Below the pieces are notes generated by a model. It had not been told where the DNA came from, did not search any database, and worked only from the letters and a program-made list of their open reading frames with translations. From positions 68,512,001 to 68,576,000 of the forward strand of contig NC_087436.1 of assembly GCF_036321535.1 (NCBI RefSeq): a stretch of DNA of 64,000 bases, in the 5' to 3' direction. Source of the DNA: Camelus dromedarius (Eukaryota). Below are positions 50,801 to 64,000 of the stretch, one piece after another; the first letter of the stretch is position 1, and every line of letters begins with the position of its first letter. The position numbers and the translations under genes were made by a program.

Positions 50801-52363
50801 CTATTAAAAAGTAGTTATAAATTACTGAGGGTCTATATATGACAGACATTTTACTAAGGACTTTTCAAACATTAATTCACAATAGCCCTGTGAGAAAGGC
50901 TTTACCATCTCCATTTTATAGATGAAGACATGAATGCTCAGAGAGTTCAAATAACAGAATTAGAATTTGAACCTAGATCTTTCTGGTTATAGAGGCCATA
51001 CCTTTCAAGCTTTCTATCAGTCTTCCAAGGAAAAATAATCACTTATTTCATAGAAGTATAAGAATTCTAATTGGAATTGGTGAGAATTTTCAAAGGTAAC
51101 TGTATGATTATAAAGCTCTTTTCACATAGGGATAAAGATAAGCCAGAGCCAATCAACCCAGAAGAGGGTACTTGTAAGATCTCTTATGTCCCAAAGTTTC
51201 CTTCACCAGTCTGTGACTGATTCCTGAAGGCTTACAATTAAGGGGTACCTTTTTTCTCTTTTTTTTTTTTTTTTAAAGAAAGGAAGAGAGTTGGTTAGGT
51301 TTTATCCTATGTTTTGAGAGTGAAGCTCTAGAATAAGAAAGCCATTGGAAAAAATTATTAGCTGTTTTCCAACATGCTGTCCTACTAAGAGATTTGGATA
51401 TTACATTAGATAAGAGAGTCCTTAAACAGAATTGTAGTTCTGTCCTAGAGGAATGTAATCTGGAAATGGCAAGAGTGATGAAAAAGAACACGGGAAGCCC
51501 TGTAGACAAACTTTACCTCACAGACAATTTTGCTTAGGCAGCTTCTGTAAATTGGACAGATGTTGAATTAGTTTGTTTTTCAAGCAAATAAAAGCGTAAT
51601 AAATGCCGTTAATTTTTCAACATTAGAAAGTCTTGGTCCTGATACTGTTGCTGTATGAATCAAGGAAATTTAAGGCAAACATACCAACTGCTCTCAGTAT
51701 AAATTAGTTCTAGCAAATAGCACTGTGAGATGGGTTCCCAATATTCTGAAAGTTCAATTTCATAAATATTTATTGTGTGCCCAATGCTGGAGTACAAAAG
51801 TGAATAGAATATATTTTGTTCTAAAGCAGTTATAGTCAATAAAGTACTATGCATTTAGGATGGTAATACTTTAGAGTGCCATGTGACTACAGAAGAGGAA
51901 TACATTAGGATTCATTTACTGTACTTACATTCTCACCTGTGTGTTCATTTAGTACCTAACACCTAGCATTTTCCATATCTCTAAAGCATCCCTGAAGTTA
52001 GAAGATATCCAGGGTGGTATATGGCTAGCAGGAAGAACAGCCATTGAGGGCATTCTGATGGGAATATTGATGAGGTGAAGAAGAAAGTAATTTGCTTTCA
52101 GAATTTCTTTCTACTTCCCTTTTAATATAGAGAATATATATTTGATTTTTATATACCTACATAGGATTTTATATTGTCTACTTTGTAAATTACTAGCATT
52201 TAAAAAATAGTTTCTGCCTGAAAGATTTTAGTTCTTGGTTTCTTTTTTCATCTGTTATTCTTCTCATTCATCTACTCAGTGACCCAGGTTTCCTATATCC
52301 CTAGTGTATAACCCTATAAAAAGAGACATAGGAAAAAAGTAAATAGTAAAACAAACAAAAAAC

Positions 52364-52391
52364 GTGTGTGTGTGTGTGTTTGTGTGTGTGT
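52364..52391. repeat. Interrupted (GT)n microsatellite about 130 bp upstream of STAP1 exon 7
   Basis: gtgtgtgtgtgtgtgtttgtgtgtgtgt seen directly. Confidence 0.85.
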
Positions 52392-52518
52392 TTTGCCAAA
52401 CTGAAATCATGGGAGTATAGTTTTACTATACAGGTGATATTTTATAATCACTTTAGTTTGATTCACCCAATAGTATACTCAAATGGAGATGAACCTTTTT
52501 TTTTTCTTTTCATTTTAG

Positions 52519-52588
52519 CCTTCCAAGAATCAAGCACTACAAAGTGATGAGTGTAGGACATAACTATACTATTGAATTGGAAAAACCT
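52519..52588 (+). CDS. STAP1: STAP1 exon 7 ([23 protein letters not shown]), SH2 domain
   Basis: ttttag|C CTT...CCT|gtaagt, 70 nt. Confidence 0.96.
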
Positions 52589-54517
52589 GTAAGTAGCTAT
52601 TTCCTTATTGTTGATTAATTTTCTCCTGCTTCCTCCCAAAACTATCTTATAGAATACAAAGTAAGGTGGAAACGCATATTCCTTACCTAAGAAAATAGTG
52701 TTGGCAAAAACAGCCACGTTAGGAGGCCCCGAAGGTGGCAGACATACAGGGTGAGAAATGAGATGCGACAGCAGGTGAATGAGGCAGAGTAGAAGATAAT
52801 TTGCTAACAATTCTTTCCACTTCTCTGAAAATCTTCATCAAACAGTTGCCTCAGAGAGAGAAAAATATTTCTGTTAAGTATCTGTTTTACATCCTCTAAG
52901 TAGAAGTAATATTTCAATGTGTTTATCTCTAATGGGAAAAAATCTTTGAATGCCTAGTCCTCTAATACAGCAGTTGTATTATGTATCACACTATGCAGTT
53001 GTTCAGAAATTCCCCTCTTAATAGTGACAAAATAGTGAAGAAAGAATTTCTTCCTCATCTTCAACCCCTTTCCTATCCCAACCAACTTATCATAGGGCTA
53101 ATGATAAAATATCATAACCACTGCATACTGTTAGGCACAGAGCTAAATACTTTACACCATCTAATTTAATTTTTATCATTACCCTGAGGTAACACCTATT
53201 ACACAGGTGGAAAAACTGGTATTTACAGTGGTCTGTATTCTAGGGAAAGGGAATATAGCTCTGTGATCTTAGGCTGCAGTGGTGGGAAGATAGGGCCAGG
53301 GAAGTGACACCATTTAAATGGAAGCAATGGATCTTGAAGATATTCATGGTATCTTCTCTAAAACTGAGCTCCTAGTGCCTCTGCCTCCCCAGGCCCACTG
53401 TGTTGGTCAGAGAAAGGGAGTGTAGTGTTGAATTTCTTATGTTCTGACTATAACCCTCAGAGTGCAGTGTGACCTTTGCCAAGAGCCAGACAGCTGCTAC
53501 TTCATATACCCCACTTAGGTCTCTGCCATGTTTCCTAGAGCTTTTTAGTTCTCATGTCCATGCCTGAATGGGCTTTTCCATAAATTCTAATGAAGGAAAC
53601 AGAATTAGAATGCAGAAGGATAATCCAAATAACCAAGTGACTGGAAGCAATGGTCAGGGAAGACTGTCTCTGCAGCTGGTGAACTGGGGCTCATTCATCT
53701 GTCATTAGCCCAACAGCCCCCAGTGTAAGGAAAGCTAACACCCTGGATTGCTCTTTTACCTTTCATACTCCCCAACCGGGTTGTCATTTTGTGAATTCTT
53801 TTTTCTCTTCAAGTTTTCCAGGGATATTCAAGTTTAACCTGATTTTCCTTGCATAAAAATATTGGTTTACAGAGCAGCAAGACAATTCAGTTACTCCTAG
53901 CCAAGTAAATTATCCTGTTACAATGAGATATTAAAATGCTAAGTTTGCTGGCTTTAAAGGATTCTTCTGTTTCAAGCAGAAGAAACCAATTATGGCTAAC
54001 TGAAGCAAAAAAAAAAAAAAAGGACTTATTTTAGGAACACAGGAAGCACAAAGAATGACTGAAAGGCTTGAAAGCCTTCAGACACTAGGAAGTATTTACT
54101 GATACTAAGTATCATCTGATTAGGAGTCTGCTATCCTTTCTTGGTTCTCTATCAAGTTCAAATTTCTTGAAGGGTTTTTTTTTTGTTTGTTTGTTTTTTG
54201 TTTTTTTGGCCTAACTTGAGTCACATTCTCATGTAATAACAGGAAAATAGCAGGGTATCTAATTATTGTCCATCAAAATGTATCCAATGCGAAAGGTGTA
54301 ATTTCTCAACAGGGAATTAGATATGGCTATAAAGGAGAAATAAAATGCATGGGTAGGCAAAACCTTGGCCATTCAGTAACCCACTGAAGTGAGGAACTGA
54401 CACAATTTTCTGGAGATCAGGAAATACACAGTAATCTCCATTAACTTTCAGTTTAGTTTTCTCTTACTCTGTCTTTACACAGGTGACACCGAGTCTTCTC
54501 TCACTCTCTTTATACAG

Positions 54518-54614
54518 GTAACACTCCCAAATCTTTTCAGTGTCATTGATTATTTTGTGAAGGAGACTCGAGGAAATTTACGACCATTTATATATTCAAC
54601 TGATGAAACCCCTG
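54518..54614 (+). CDS. STAP1: STAP1 exon 8 ([33 protein letters not shown]), SH2 C-terminal part
   Basis: tatacag|GTA ACA...CCT G|gtatgt, 97 nt. Confidence 0.95.
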
Positions 54615-56149
54615 GTATGTTCTTCATTTCACTGCTGTATTAAGAAAAGCAAAAGAAAACAAAACAAAATCGTATATGATTTGTAATACTAACCAGGTAG
54701 AACTATAGTTCAGATTTTAAATTTATCCATTTGGAAATCATTTTATCACTGATCTGTGAAATAAGGGAGTACCAATAAATTCTGATGGATAGAACATGGG
54801 CCCATTCTAGAGAAAAAACCCTGAGGCACGTTTATCAAACAAGTTCAGAGATAAGAAAACCACATTCATATAGAGTCATAGAAACCAAACAGGGAATTTA
54901 AAGGTATGGCCTGCCAGCAATGTCAGATGCTCTAGACAGATGAAAATGGATGAGGATTTCAGGGGAGACAATAGGAACTGGCCATTAGGCAACAGATGAC
55001 TTGAGAGGTCTTATTCCACTGTAAAGGCAGAAGGCAGAGGGCAAGATAACAAGGTGAGGAACTACAACTAAAAGACTGTAGAGTTAGGATTGGCTACAAA
55101 ATTTGTGGGGCCTCTTGTTCATAAATTAAGAATTTCAAAATAGTGGTAGTGAACCATTAAGCCAAGCATGGGACCCAGTGCAACTGCACAGTTCATATGA
55201 CTATGAAACTGGCCCTGTTTGTAGTCCAGCTTTTGGCAAAGCAGGGCAGGCTGGATGTGACAGTTTCTCTCCATCCTTTGAAACAATCCCTGGTACACAT
55301 GGTCACTTGACAAACTGTAAGTAGGAGAGAAAAAATACCTCCAGCTTGTTTGTTTTCAGTTATCAAAACAAGTCTCTGTTCCTACAAATTATGAGGGAAA
55401 ACAACTTGTTTTGGCTACCTGCAGCACGGCATATCTGAAAAGTCTAATTCAAAGAACAGCAAGTTTAAAAGTCCAAGTTTTAAAACATGGCTATGAATCT
55501 CGTGATGACAAATAATTTTAAAAGACTCAGAGTCTGAAGGAACTTTAGAAAATTATCCAGTATATTGTCTCAGTTTGTATAGGAATCACCTGCATACTCA
55601 GTACAGAAAACATCTTTAAAATGTGACCATTCAGCTTGTTTGCAAATTCCTAATGATAGCTGCCTCACTGATTTTTGAGGCAGCATAATTCACTGTTAGT
55701 CAGCTTTCATATTAGAGAATTCTTCCTTACCATTGAGTCAGAAACATTCTTCCTTTATCTTATAAATAGTAATCCAATTTCTGGCTTTGAAACAACATGG
55801 GGTTTTAAAAAGCCCATCAAATATTTAAAAACAGCCACCATGTCCCCTCTTAGTCTCTCTCTTTGTCGTCTATAATTATTAGTGCCTTCAACTTCTCCCT
55901 CTCATCGTTGAACTTCTCTGTCTTAAAATATAACCACAAAGGATGAACATGTTATTATAGATATTTCAGCACAATACATTACCTGGGCTTTATGCAGGAA
56001 AATACCACTTAATAGAAATCTCTGGGAATGTCCTATTAATATAAGCTTTTCTTTTCTTTTCCCTCAGAGACGAGAGGATTTCTTGTAACATCTCTCAAAT
56101 GACTTTTTAAAAATGGGCGTGGGGAATCCAATATAATTTGGCTTCTCCA

Positions 56150-56450
56150 TGGATGATAGTATACATTATCTAATGCTGTGTAACAAATCACCCCTAAAAC
56201 ATGGTGGTTAAATCAACCACCATTTTATTTGCTTACGATTCTGCACATCAGCAATTTGAATTGGATTCAGTTGTATAGTTCTTTTGCTAGTCTCACTTGG
56301 TATCACTTACAGGACTATAACCAGTTGGTGGCTTGACGAGCTGGATGGTCCAAGTTGGCCTCATTCACACATCTAGTGCTGCTGGTCAGCTGGGGCTGGC
56401 TGATCCACCTTCATGTGCTCTCTAATCCTCTGAAGTTAGCCCAAGCTCTT
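56150..56450 (-). mobile_element. MLT1-family LTR fragment
   Basis: gctgtgtaacaaatcacccctaaaac...ttttatttgcttacgattctg...ctggatggtccaagttggcctcattcac. Confidence 0.7.
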
Positions 56451-56599
56451 TCACGTTAAGGAGAGAAGGGTTGGTGCACATCCTTGGGCTACAAATTCTT
56501 AGTGTTGAGAATAAAGTATGGCCTTCTTGGAACTTTTAGTAAAGGAGAAACTGAATTGAATAAATAATTCCAAGTGTGATTTGTCTTATGTACAGGGGC

Positions 56600-59140
56600 T
56601 ATTTTTTCTTTCTTTAAAAATGTTATTTAGTTTGCATACAATAAAATTTACTTTTTGGTGCATAGTTCTTTGAGTTTTGACAACCATCACCACAATCACG
56701 ACATAGAAAGTTGTCACCTTAAAAACGCTGTAATGTTCTTTCTTTTCAGTCAACCCTCTTACATATAATCCCTGGCAACCACTGATCTATTTTCCACTCC
56801 TATAGTTTAGCATTTTCCAGAATGTCATATAAATGGAATTACAGTATGGAGTCTTTTGACATTGATTTCTTTCACTCATAATGTCTAGATTCACACAAGT
56901 GTTGTGCGTATTATATAGCTCACTTTTTTAAAAAAAAATTACTGAATAGTAGTATTTCACTGTAGGGAGGTACCAGTTTGTTTATCCATTTACCAACTTA
57001 AACATATTAGGGTTGTTTCCAGTTTGGGGCAATTATTAAGTTACATGGACATTCATATACACACCTTTGTGTGAATTTAAGTCTTCACCTCATTTTGGTA
57101 AAATATCTAGGAATGAGATTGCTGAGTCATATAATAAGTGTATATGTAACTTTATAAGAAACTGTCAAACTTCTCACAAGTGGTCCTACCTTTTTGCATG
57201 TCTACCATCAATGTCTGAGAATTTCAGTTGCATCCTTGCCAGCACTTTATATTGTCATTAAAGTTATTTTAGTAAGTGTATAGTGGTATCTCTAGTTTTA
57301 AAATGCATTTCCCTAATGATTAATGATGTTGAGTATCTTTTTATGGGCTATTTGCCATTCATATATCTAATTTGGCAAAATATAGGGTTAAATATTTTGC
57401 CCATATTTTTAATTGAGTTGTTTTCTTATGGTGGAGTTTTGACAGTTCTGTTCATATTCTGAATACAAGTCCTTTGTCAGATGCAAGATATAAAAATGTT
57501 TTTTTTTCCCAATGGCATCTTTTGCAAAGCATAAATTTTAAATTTTGATGAAGTACAAATTGTCAATTTTTGCTTCTATGGATTGAACTTTTGGTGTTGT
57601 ATCTGAGGACTCTCCCTAACAAGAGATCACAAAGATTTTTTTTACCTATGTTTTCTTCTAGAAGTGTTACAGTTTTCTATTTTACATTTAGGTCTATGAT
57701 CCACTTGGAATATGTTTAAGGTAAGAGGGATGAGTCAAAATTCATTTTATTTGTATTTACATATGTAATTGTTTTAGCACCATTTATTTAAAAAGATCAT
57801 CCTTTCTTCATTAAATAGCCTGTGCACCTTTGTAAAAAATCAGTTGAGTATATTTTTGTGTATCAATTTCCACGGATGTATGTTCCCACCCTTTTGCCAA
57901 TAGCACACTATCTTGATTACTGGAGCTTTACAGTAATTCTTGAAATCAAGAGGTGTAAGTCCAACTTTGTTCTTTTCAAAATTTTTTGGATCAATCTAGT
58001 TTCTTTGCCTTTTAGTATAAGTTTTAGAATTATATCAATGTTATCACAGAAAAATATTCTTGGGTTTTGATTTGGATTTTGTTGAATCTATAAATCAACT
58101 CAGAAAAACTTGAGAATACTGAGTGTTCCAACTGAGAAAGACATATATCCCTCCATTTATTTAGGTTGTCTTTGATTTCTTTTATAGTGCTTTTTCAGTA
58201 TACAGATCCCACACACGTTTTGTTAAATACCTATGTATTTAATTTTTGAGTGCTATTGTTAAAATAGTAGTTTTTGAAAGTTTGAATTCCAACTGTGCAA
58301 TGGTAATATACAGAAATATAACTTTTGTATGTTGATCTTGTATTCCAATATTTTGCTGATATCACTTATTCATTTAAAAACTTTTTTTGGGTAGATTCCT
58401 TGGAATTTTCTATATAGAAACCCTGTTATCTGTGAATACAAGTAGTTTCAGTTCACATAATCCAACCTGGATACCTTTTAATTATTTTTCTTGTATTATT
58501 GCACTGGTTGGGATGTCTAGAACAATGATGAAATGTTAAGGGTGGACTTTCTTGCATTGCTCCCAGTTTTAAAGGAATAACATTCTGTCTTTCACTAAGT
58601 ATGACATTGGCTGTAGTTTATTATTTTTAATGCCCTTTATCAGACTGAAAAATTTCCCTTAATTCCTGGTTTGCTGAGAGGTGTTTTATTTTTTTTTTTA
58701 ATGATGAAAGGATACTGAATTATGTCCAATTATTTTTCTGCACCTATTGAGATGATCATTTTTCCTTTTACTTAATATGGTGGATCAACTGATAGATTTT
58801 CCATTTTTGAACCAGCCTTGTGTGTATACCCACTTGATCATATGTATTATCTGTTTAAAATAATTATTTTGTCTAGTTTTGGTATTAATGTTATGCTGGA
58901 ATCAAAAAAATGAGCTGAAAAGTATTGTTTTCTTTTATAGTCTGAAAATGTGTGTAGAATTGGTATTATTTCTTCCTTAAATACTTGGTGGAATTCACTA
59001 TATGGGCTGGAAGATTACTTTGGTGGAAGGTTTTAAACTATGAATTCAATTTCTTTAATTGAATTTAGATGCAGGTAAATTCAGGTTATATTATTTTTTT
59101 CTTGAGAGAATTTTGGTAGTCTTTCAAGGAGTTGGTTCAT
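56600..59140 (-). mobile_element. Degenerate LINE-1 (about 2.5 kb), antisense, in STAP1 intron 8
   Basis: Continuous T-rich antisense L1 text (ttccagaatgtcatataaatggaat; ggtctatgatccact; tagaattggtattatttcttccttaaat). Confidence 0.85.
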
Positions 59141-59587
59141 TTTAGCCTTAATCTTTGAATTAATCTTCTGACCCAGGGTCTGGCACAGAGTGGATGATGT
59201 TGGTATAATAAATTGGTGAATCCCCAAGCATAGTATTGGAGGAGGAAGCAACATTCTCTGCTTCCTAGAGGAAAAATGTCACTCCCAGAAACACAAAAGG
59301 ACCATCGCAAGTAACTATTCACCTACTACATTCTTGGCATTATGTGAAGTCCCAGGATTACATCATCTCATTTTATTGCTCCCAACAATCTTACAAGGAA
59401 GATACTATTATTTCTATTTTATGATCAAAAAAAGCAACACTTCAGTTTTCACACAAAGCTAGTAAATGAAGCTGAAACCCAAACCCATGTTTATTTTTGA
59501 ACTTTTTAAAAAAAACCTTCTCAGTGGTTCTGCATCTCCAGTGATAGATATTCATATTCTCTCTCCCCTCACTTCATCCTTTCCTGT

Positions 59588-59905
59588 GTCTGTGGGTTAA
59601 GAGTCTGGGCCTGACTTAGTTGGGTCTTTCGCAAATTTGCAATCAAGGTGTTGGCTAGGCTGGGTTGTCACCTGAGACTTCAGCAAGAAGGATCTACTCA
59701 CTCAGGTTGTTTGGAGAATTCACTTCCTTGCAGTTCTAGGATTCATAGCAGCTGGCTTCTTCAAAGATAGCAATGAAGTAGGTGGAGGTGGGCGTGAAGG
59801 AAGGAGGGACTACTAAGTAAATCTACTGGTAAGGAGGAGTCTTACATAATGTAACATAACCATGGTACTGACATCCCATCACTTTTGCATATTCTGTCAG
59901 TTACA
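59588..59905 (-). mobile_element. MLT1-family LTR fragment
   Basis: gcaatcaaggtgttggctaggctggg...ctcactcaggttgttggagaattcacttccttgcagtt...catcccatcacttttgcatattct. Confidence 0.65.
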
Positions 59906-61675
59906 TGATTCTCATTTCCTGGTATTCATGCATTGTGTAAACCCTGTATCTTGAAGGTAGACTGACCTGTAACATGTTTCTAACCAATAGTGACTTGCAA
60001 CCATATAGGTCCCTTTACTTCCGCCTCCTTGTTACAGCTGTCACATGTACTACATCTATATAACATTGAAAATTCCACCAAATGATCTAATTTTTGCTTT
60101 CAATTGCTATAAATGTATTAAAGAATTTGAGAAAAATAGTCTATTATTACCTAGATATCTCCTATTCCTGTTCTCTTTTTCCTGTGGAATCATTTCTCTT
60201 CAACTTGAAGAACTTCTGAATCCAACCAGTGGATCTTTTTTTTCAGATATTTTTTTCACTTTGAAAATTTCTGCTTGGTTTTTATAATCTTCTTTTCTTT
60301 GTTAAGAATATCTATCCTTCCATTTGTTTCAAGAGTGCTTATCACCACCTCATGGAGCATAGCTCTTTAACATCTTTGATAATTTCAACATCATGGTTAT
60401 TTTAGTGTTGGCATCTGTTGTCTTTTCCCTTGAGAACTGGTCACATTTTTCTGACTCTGTCTACCAAGTAATGTGAATTGTAATCTTGGGTATTTTATTT
60501 TGAATACTATGTCATGGGCCTCTGGATCCTATTAAAACCCTCTGGGGCTCTTTTCTTTTTTTCTTTTTTTTTTAAGCAGGCAACCATCCTGACTAGATTG
60601 AACCAGTTCTGCCTTACTGTTTCTGTGGGAAGTGTTCCAGTTTCAAAGCCTTTGGTATTTTGCTTTGGGGCTGCCTCACACATGTATATCTCAGGAATTA
60701 GCCTGGGACTTTGACAGTGATTTATTTCTTAGTTTATTGTCAAAGTCTTCGCTATTACTATTTTCTGGTGGCTGAACTGATTTTTTGCTTTGTGATCAGG
60801 AACAAATTACTCAACCTTTTTGCATTTTAGATTCCCTTATTATATGGATTAGGGAATGATAGATGAACAGACAGAACTAGAAGGGAACATGAAGAGAGAC
60901 TTCAAATAATCACACTATCTTCTGTAGAGTAATATATTTTCTTTCAAAAGCAGAAAGATGATGGAAAAGTAAACTGGAAGAGTAAATGAGAGTGGAAATA
61001 GGACTAAGAAATACTACAAAAAGGTCAAAACTGGTCTTGACAAATAGTGCTGAAATTTTAAGGAAACTTTGGGGGAAGCCTATAACTGTTTCAGGAGTGT
61101 GGACTCACAGCTGATTAGCTGAAAAGGGGCACAGTGGGAATGCCAGAGCCCTTATCTTTAATTTCGGAGTTGTAGAGCACCTAAAGGTTAATATCTGGAG
61201 ACTTAAGAGAAAGTGAAGGTGTTTCCAATAAAATACTACCAAAGAAAGATTTTCTTTGAGCCTTGTTAAACCCATGTCAGCAATCAGCTTTCTCTTTGAC
61301 ACCAGAAGCAAGAGCACTGATGGAACCAATAGTCAAAGATATTTCCTCAATTTATTTTTCCCAACTTCAGAAATTATCAGTATAAACTAAAAGCAATGTC
61401 AAAATACGGTAGGATAGATAAATAACATTAAATTAGCTAGGAAGAAAAAAATGCTAGAGAAAAACTTATGAGGAAACAAGTTACAGGTCTAGGATAAAAT
61501 ACAAATTAAAAAGGCATCTGAATATTCAGTATTTAGTTACCTAACATTTATTAAACACACCAGCAATGCTTCATATACAAGCAGGAAAATCAACTGATGT
61601 TGAAAAGAATGAACTGTCCTGCTCTTCAATACTGGTTCTTTATTAAAATCAAGCTTTTCTACCCACAATTATCAG

Positions 61676-61737
61676 GCCAAGAATCCACCACAGAAGGCAG
61701 AAGAGAGAGGTTGAAGAAAAATCTACATATTGCATGA
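61676..61737 (+). CDS. STAP1: STAP1 last coding exon (GQESTTEGRRERLKKNLHIA*)
   Basis: atcag|GC CAA...GCA TGA, 62 nt; matches recalled human [20 protein letters not shown]. Joined CDS is 894 nt (297 aa) with no frameshift. Confidence 0.94.
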
Positions 61738-61743
61738 AATAAA
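61738..61743 (+). terminator. Candidate STAP1 polyadenylation signal AATAAA
   Basis: Directly follows the TGA stop; further ATTAAA hexamers at 61867-61872 and 62039-62044. Confidence 0.45.
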
Positions 61744-62704
61744 ATGGAAAAACTACTTTCATGTATCTTGGTAATTTCTTATTTTCAGAAGGAAGATCAT
61801 ACTTTTAAAGAAAGCTATCTCTATCTTCCTGATTCTGACTACCAAGTTACTTACCTGGACATCAGAATTAAACACTGCAGCATACAATTTCATTATCATA
61901 TCAGAATGAAAACAATTCACTAGGAAATCATAGTATATGGCTGGGAGGGTAACTTACAGATAATGCATTCCCATGCAATTATATAAGTTGAAAGCATGTG
62001 GTCCTTTCTAAATAGAGCTTTTATTTCCCTAGGATCCAATTAAATATATTTCCCTTTCCATAATCTCCACAGCAGATTCTCTAGTTCTAAATTCTAGCAA
62101 TTCCAATGAAGCTTCAATAGATTTTGTTAAAATCTAATTTGACCAATTTATCAAACAGAAGTCTTTTTAATTATCTAGTTAAAAACCAGAGATATGAAAT
62201 GTACTATAAGTCCTTTTCCAATGGAAATTTTCTACATTACATTTTTTTTGTTACTGGAAATAAGTGAAGTTTATCCATTTTTATGTTTCTCTCAAGTTGT
62301 CTTTTTGCTGGCTCAAACTCAACCCATACCTCCTTTTGTAAAAATACATTAACTTACAAGGATGGTAAAAGGCTATATATATCACCCATTTCACAAGTAA
62401 AACACAGTATGAGACTGATTATAATCACTCAGAATTCCTTAAAAATACTAATTCTTCAGTCCCACACTATATCCACTGAATCAAAACCTCAGGGACATTT
62501 CTTCATAATTCTTTTTCTTGAAAAGAGTTCTAAATTGATTTTGATGGTCTTTCAAATTGGGAATCACTTGTGCAATCAACCAAGAATCAAAAGATATAGC
62601 TATAGTCTACTCCTAGTTCTAATTATTTGGATGTTTGGTTCCTCATCTGAAAAAATGAAGACGTCAGAATATACTCCTAAGGTCTACTTATTTCCAACAT
62701 CTTA

Positions 62705-62939
62705 TAAAGATGTGTCTTTATAAGAGGAGAGAAGGACACACACACAGAGGAAAGACCATGTGAGACAGAGGGAGAAGACAACCATCAACAAAGCCAATGA
62801 GAAAGGCCTCAGAAGAAATCAGCTCTACTGACACATTGATCTTAGACTTACAGCTTCTGGAACTGTAAGAAATAAATTTCTGTTGTTTAAGCCACTAAGT
62901 CTATGCTATTTGTTATGGCAGTCCTAGCAAACAAATTCA
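62705..62939 (+). mobile_element. MLT1A-like MaLR LTR downstream of STAP1
   Basis: gaaaggcctcagaagaaatc...ttgatcttagacttacagcttctggaactgtaagaaataaatttctgttgtttaagccac...ttgttatggcagtcctagcaaac. Confidence 0.82.
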
Positions 62940-63399
62940 ATGAGTTATCTGGGATACCTGAATATATGCAGAATCCTAAGATGCCCTCAGACTTCCTGAA
63001 TTAATTCTGGGGGCTGGTCCAGAAACCTGCTCTTTTAAAACACACCACAATAAAGTTTGTGAAATACTTCTTTAAAATCTACTGTAATACTAGTGTGTTA
63101 ACTGATGTGTAGATTACAAAAGATCTATTCTCTTATTCCCAACGGCCTCACAATTAAGTTAGTCCAAATACAGATAAGCAACAAGAGACTTAAGAGTGCC
63201 AATTTGTTACCATCTCTAAATGTTAAAGGTGAATTCCTGCAATCTAAAAGAAATGCAGTTCTTAACACAGAACGTTTGGAAAAAAAAAAAAAAAGGACTC
63301 CTAAAGATGGTGAGGCAATGTGGTTGATTGAAATAAAGTAAAAAGAAATGGACAAGGGAGACAGAGATCAAAGCCCAGGGCCTGTCCAAGGTGGAGAAT

Positions 63400-64000
63400 C
63401 TAATAGAAGACCACCAACACATTTAGCTGGGAGAAACAACAGGAAAAGAGCCACAAAAACTGGAGAAACTGAAATTGGCAGACCATAAAATGGCCCTCAC
63501 AATTTAAATAAAAGATGTTAGAAAATATCTGCAGAATATAGGGAACTATAAAAAGTCATCTAGCAGTTTTAAAAGAGAGAACCAAACAGAACTACTAAAT
63601 ATAGAACTACTGAAAAATATAACCAAAATTATAGAAGAAAGGGTAATAAACATAGAAGGCAGAGTAAGTCTACAATGCTTGATGAGAATCATCATAGAAG
63701 AGAATGGGTGAAGAGGCATAGCTGAAGGAGTAATAGACCTGAGACTTTCTCAGAACTAACAAAAGGTACAAATCTAGATTCAAAGAGTTGAACAAACCCT
63801 AAACAGGATTAATAAAAGAAATCCATACCCAGACACATAATAACTACACTGCATAAAATGAAAGCAGATAAATATATTTTTAAAAAGATGCAGTATTTAG
63901 TTGACAGCTGACTCAACAGCCACAGGGGAAGGTCATAAGAGAGTAAAAAATATCTCCAATATGTTGAAAGATAATAAAAGTCGGATTAGAATTTTACCAT
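63400..64000 (+). mobile_element. Old L1 ORF1-region remnant
   Basis: gagactttctcagaactaacaaaagg...caaaccctaaacaggattaataaaagaaatccatacccagacacataat resembles the L1 ORF1 3' half. Confidence 0.6.

Noticed and set aside
62283..62723. 146-aa ORF downstream of STAP1
   Set aside because: No recognisable domain, AT-rich composition, runs into an MLT1A LTR; likely a chance ORF.
62000..64000. Possible 3' end of the expected downstream neighbour UBA6
   Set aside because: No recognisable exon; this part is mostly LTR and L1 remnants, and the gene probably lies beyond the window.

Overview
Mammalian, AT-rich, repeat-dense genomic DNA with no prokaryotic features. The repeats point to an artiodactyl, most likely a camelid: four tRNA-Ala-derived SINEs of the Vic-1 type and a short internally deleted Tigger1 derivative. 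Two genes are arranged head-to-head about 11 kb apart. CENPC (centromere protein C) is on the minus strand, with a CpG-island promoter and coding exons 1-5 visible; the rest lies left of the window. STAP1 (BRDG1, PH-SH2 B-cell adaptor) is complete on the plus strand, with 9 coding exons, all GT-AG and phase-consistent, giving 894 nt and 297 aa. The rest is introns and intergenic DNA with L1, L2, MIR, LTR and DNA-transposon remnants. I found no new multi-gene system. The most unusual local structures are (i) a TSD-flanked insertion in CENPC intron 5 with three successive poly(A) tails, suggesting serial L1 3' transduction, (ii) a tandem duplication of the STAP1 exon 8 splice acceptor that creates a potential poison acceptor, and (iii) candidate regulatory elements: a CTCF site between the genes, an octamer/MEF2 cluster, and an AATAAA abutting the STAP1 stop codon. 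Gene and repeat names come from recalled sequences, not a database search, and repeat boundaries are approximate.
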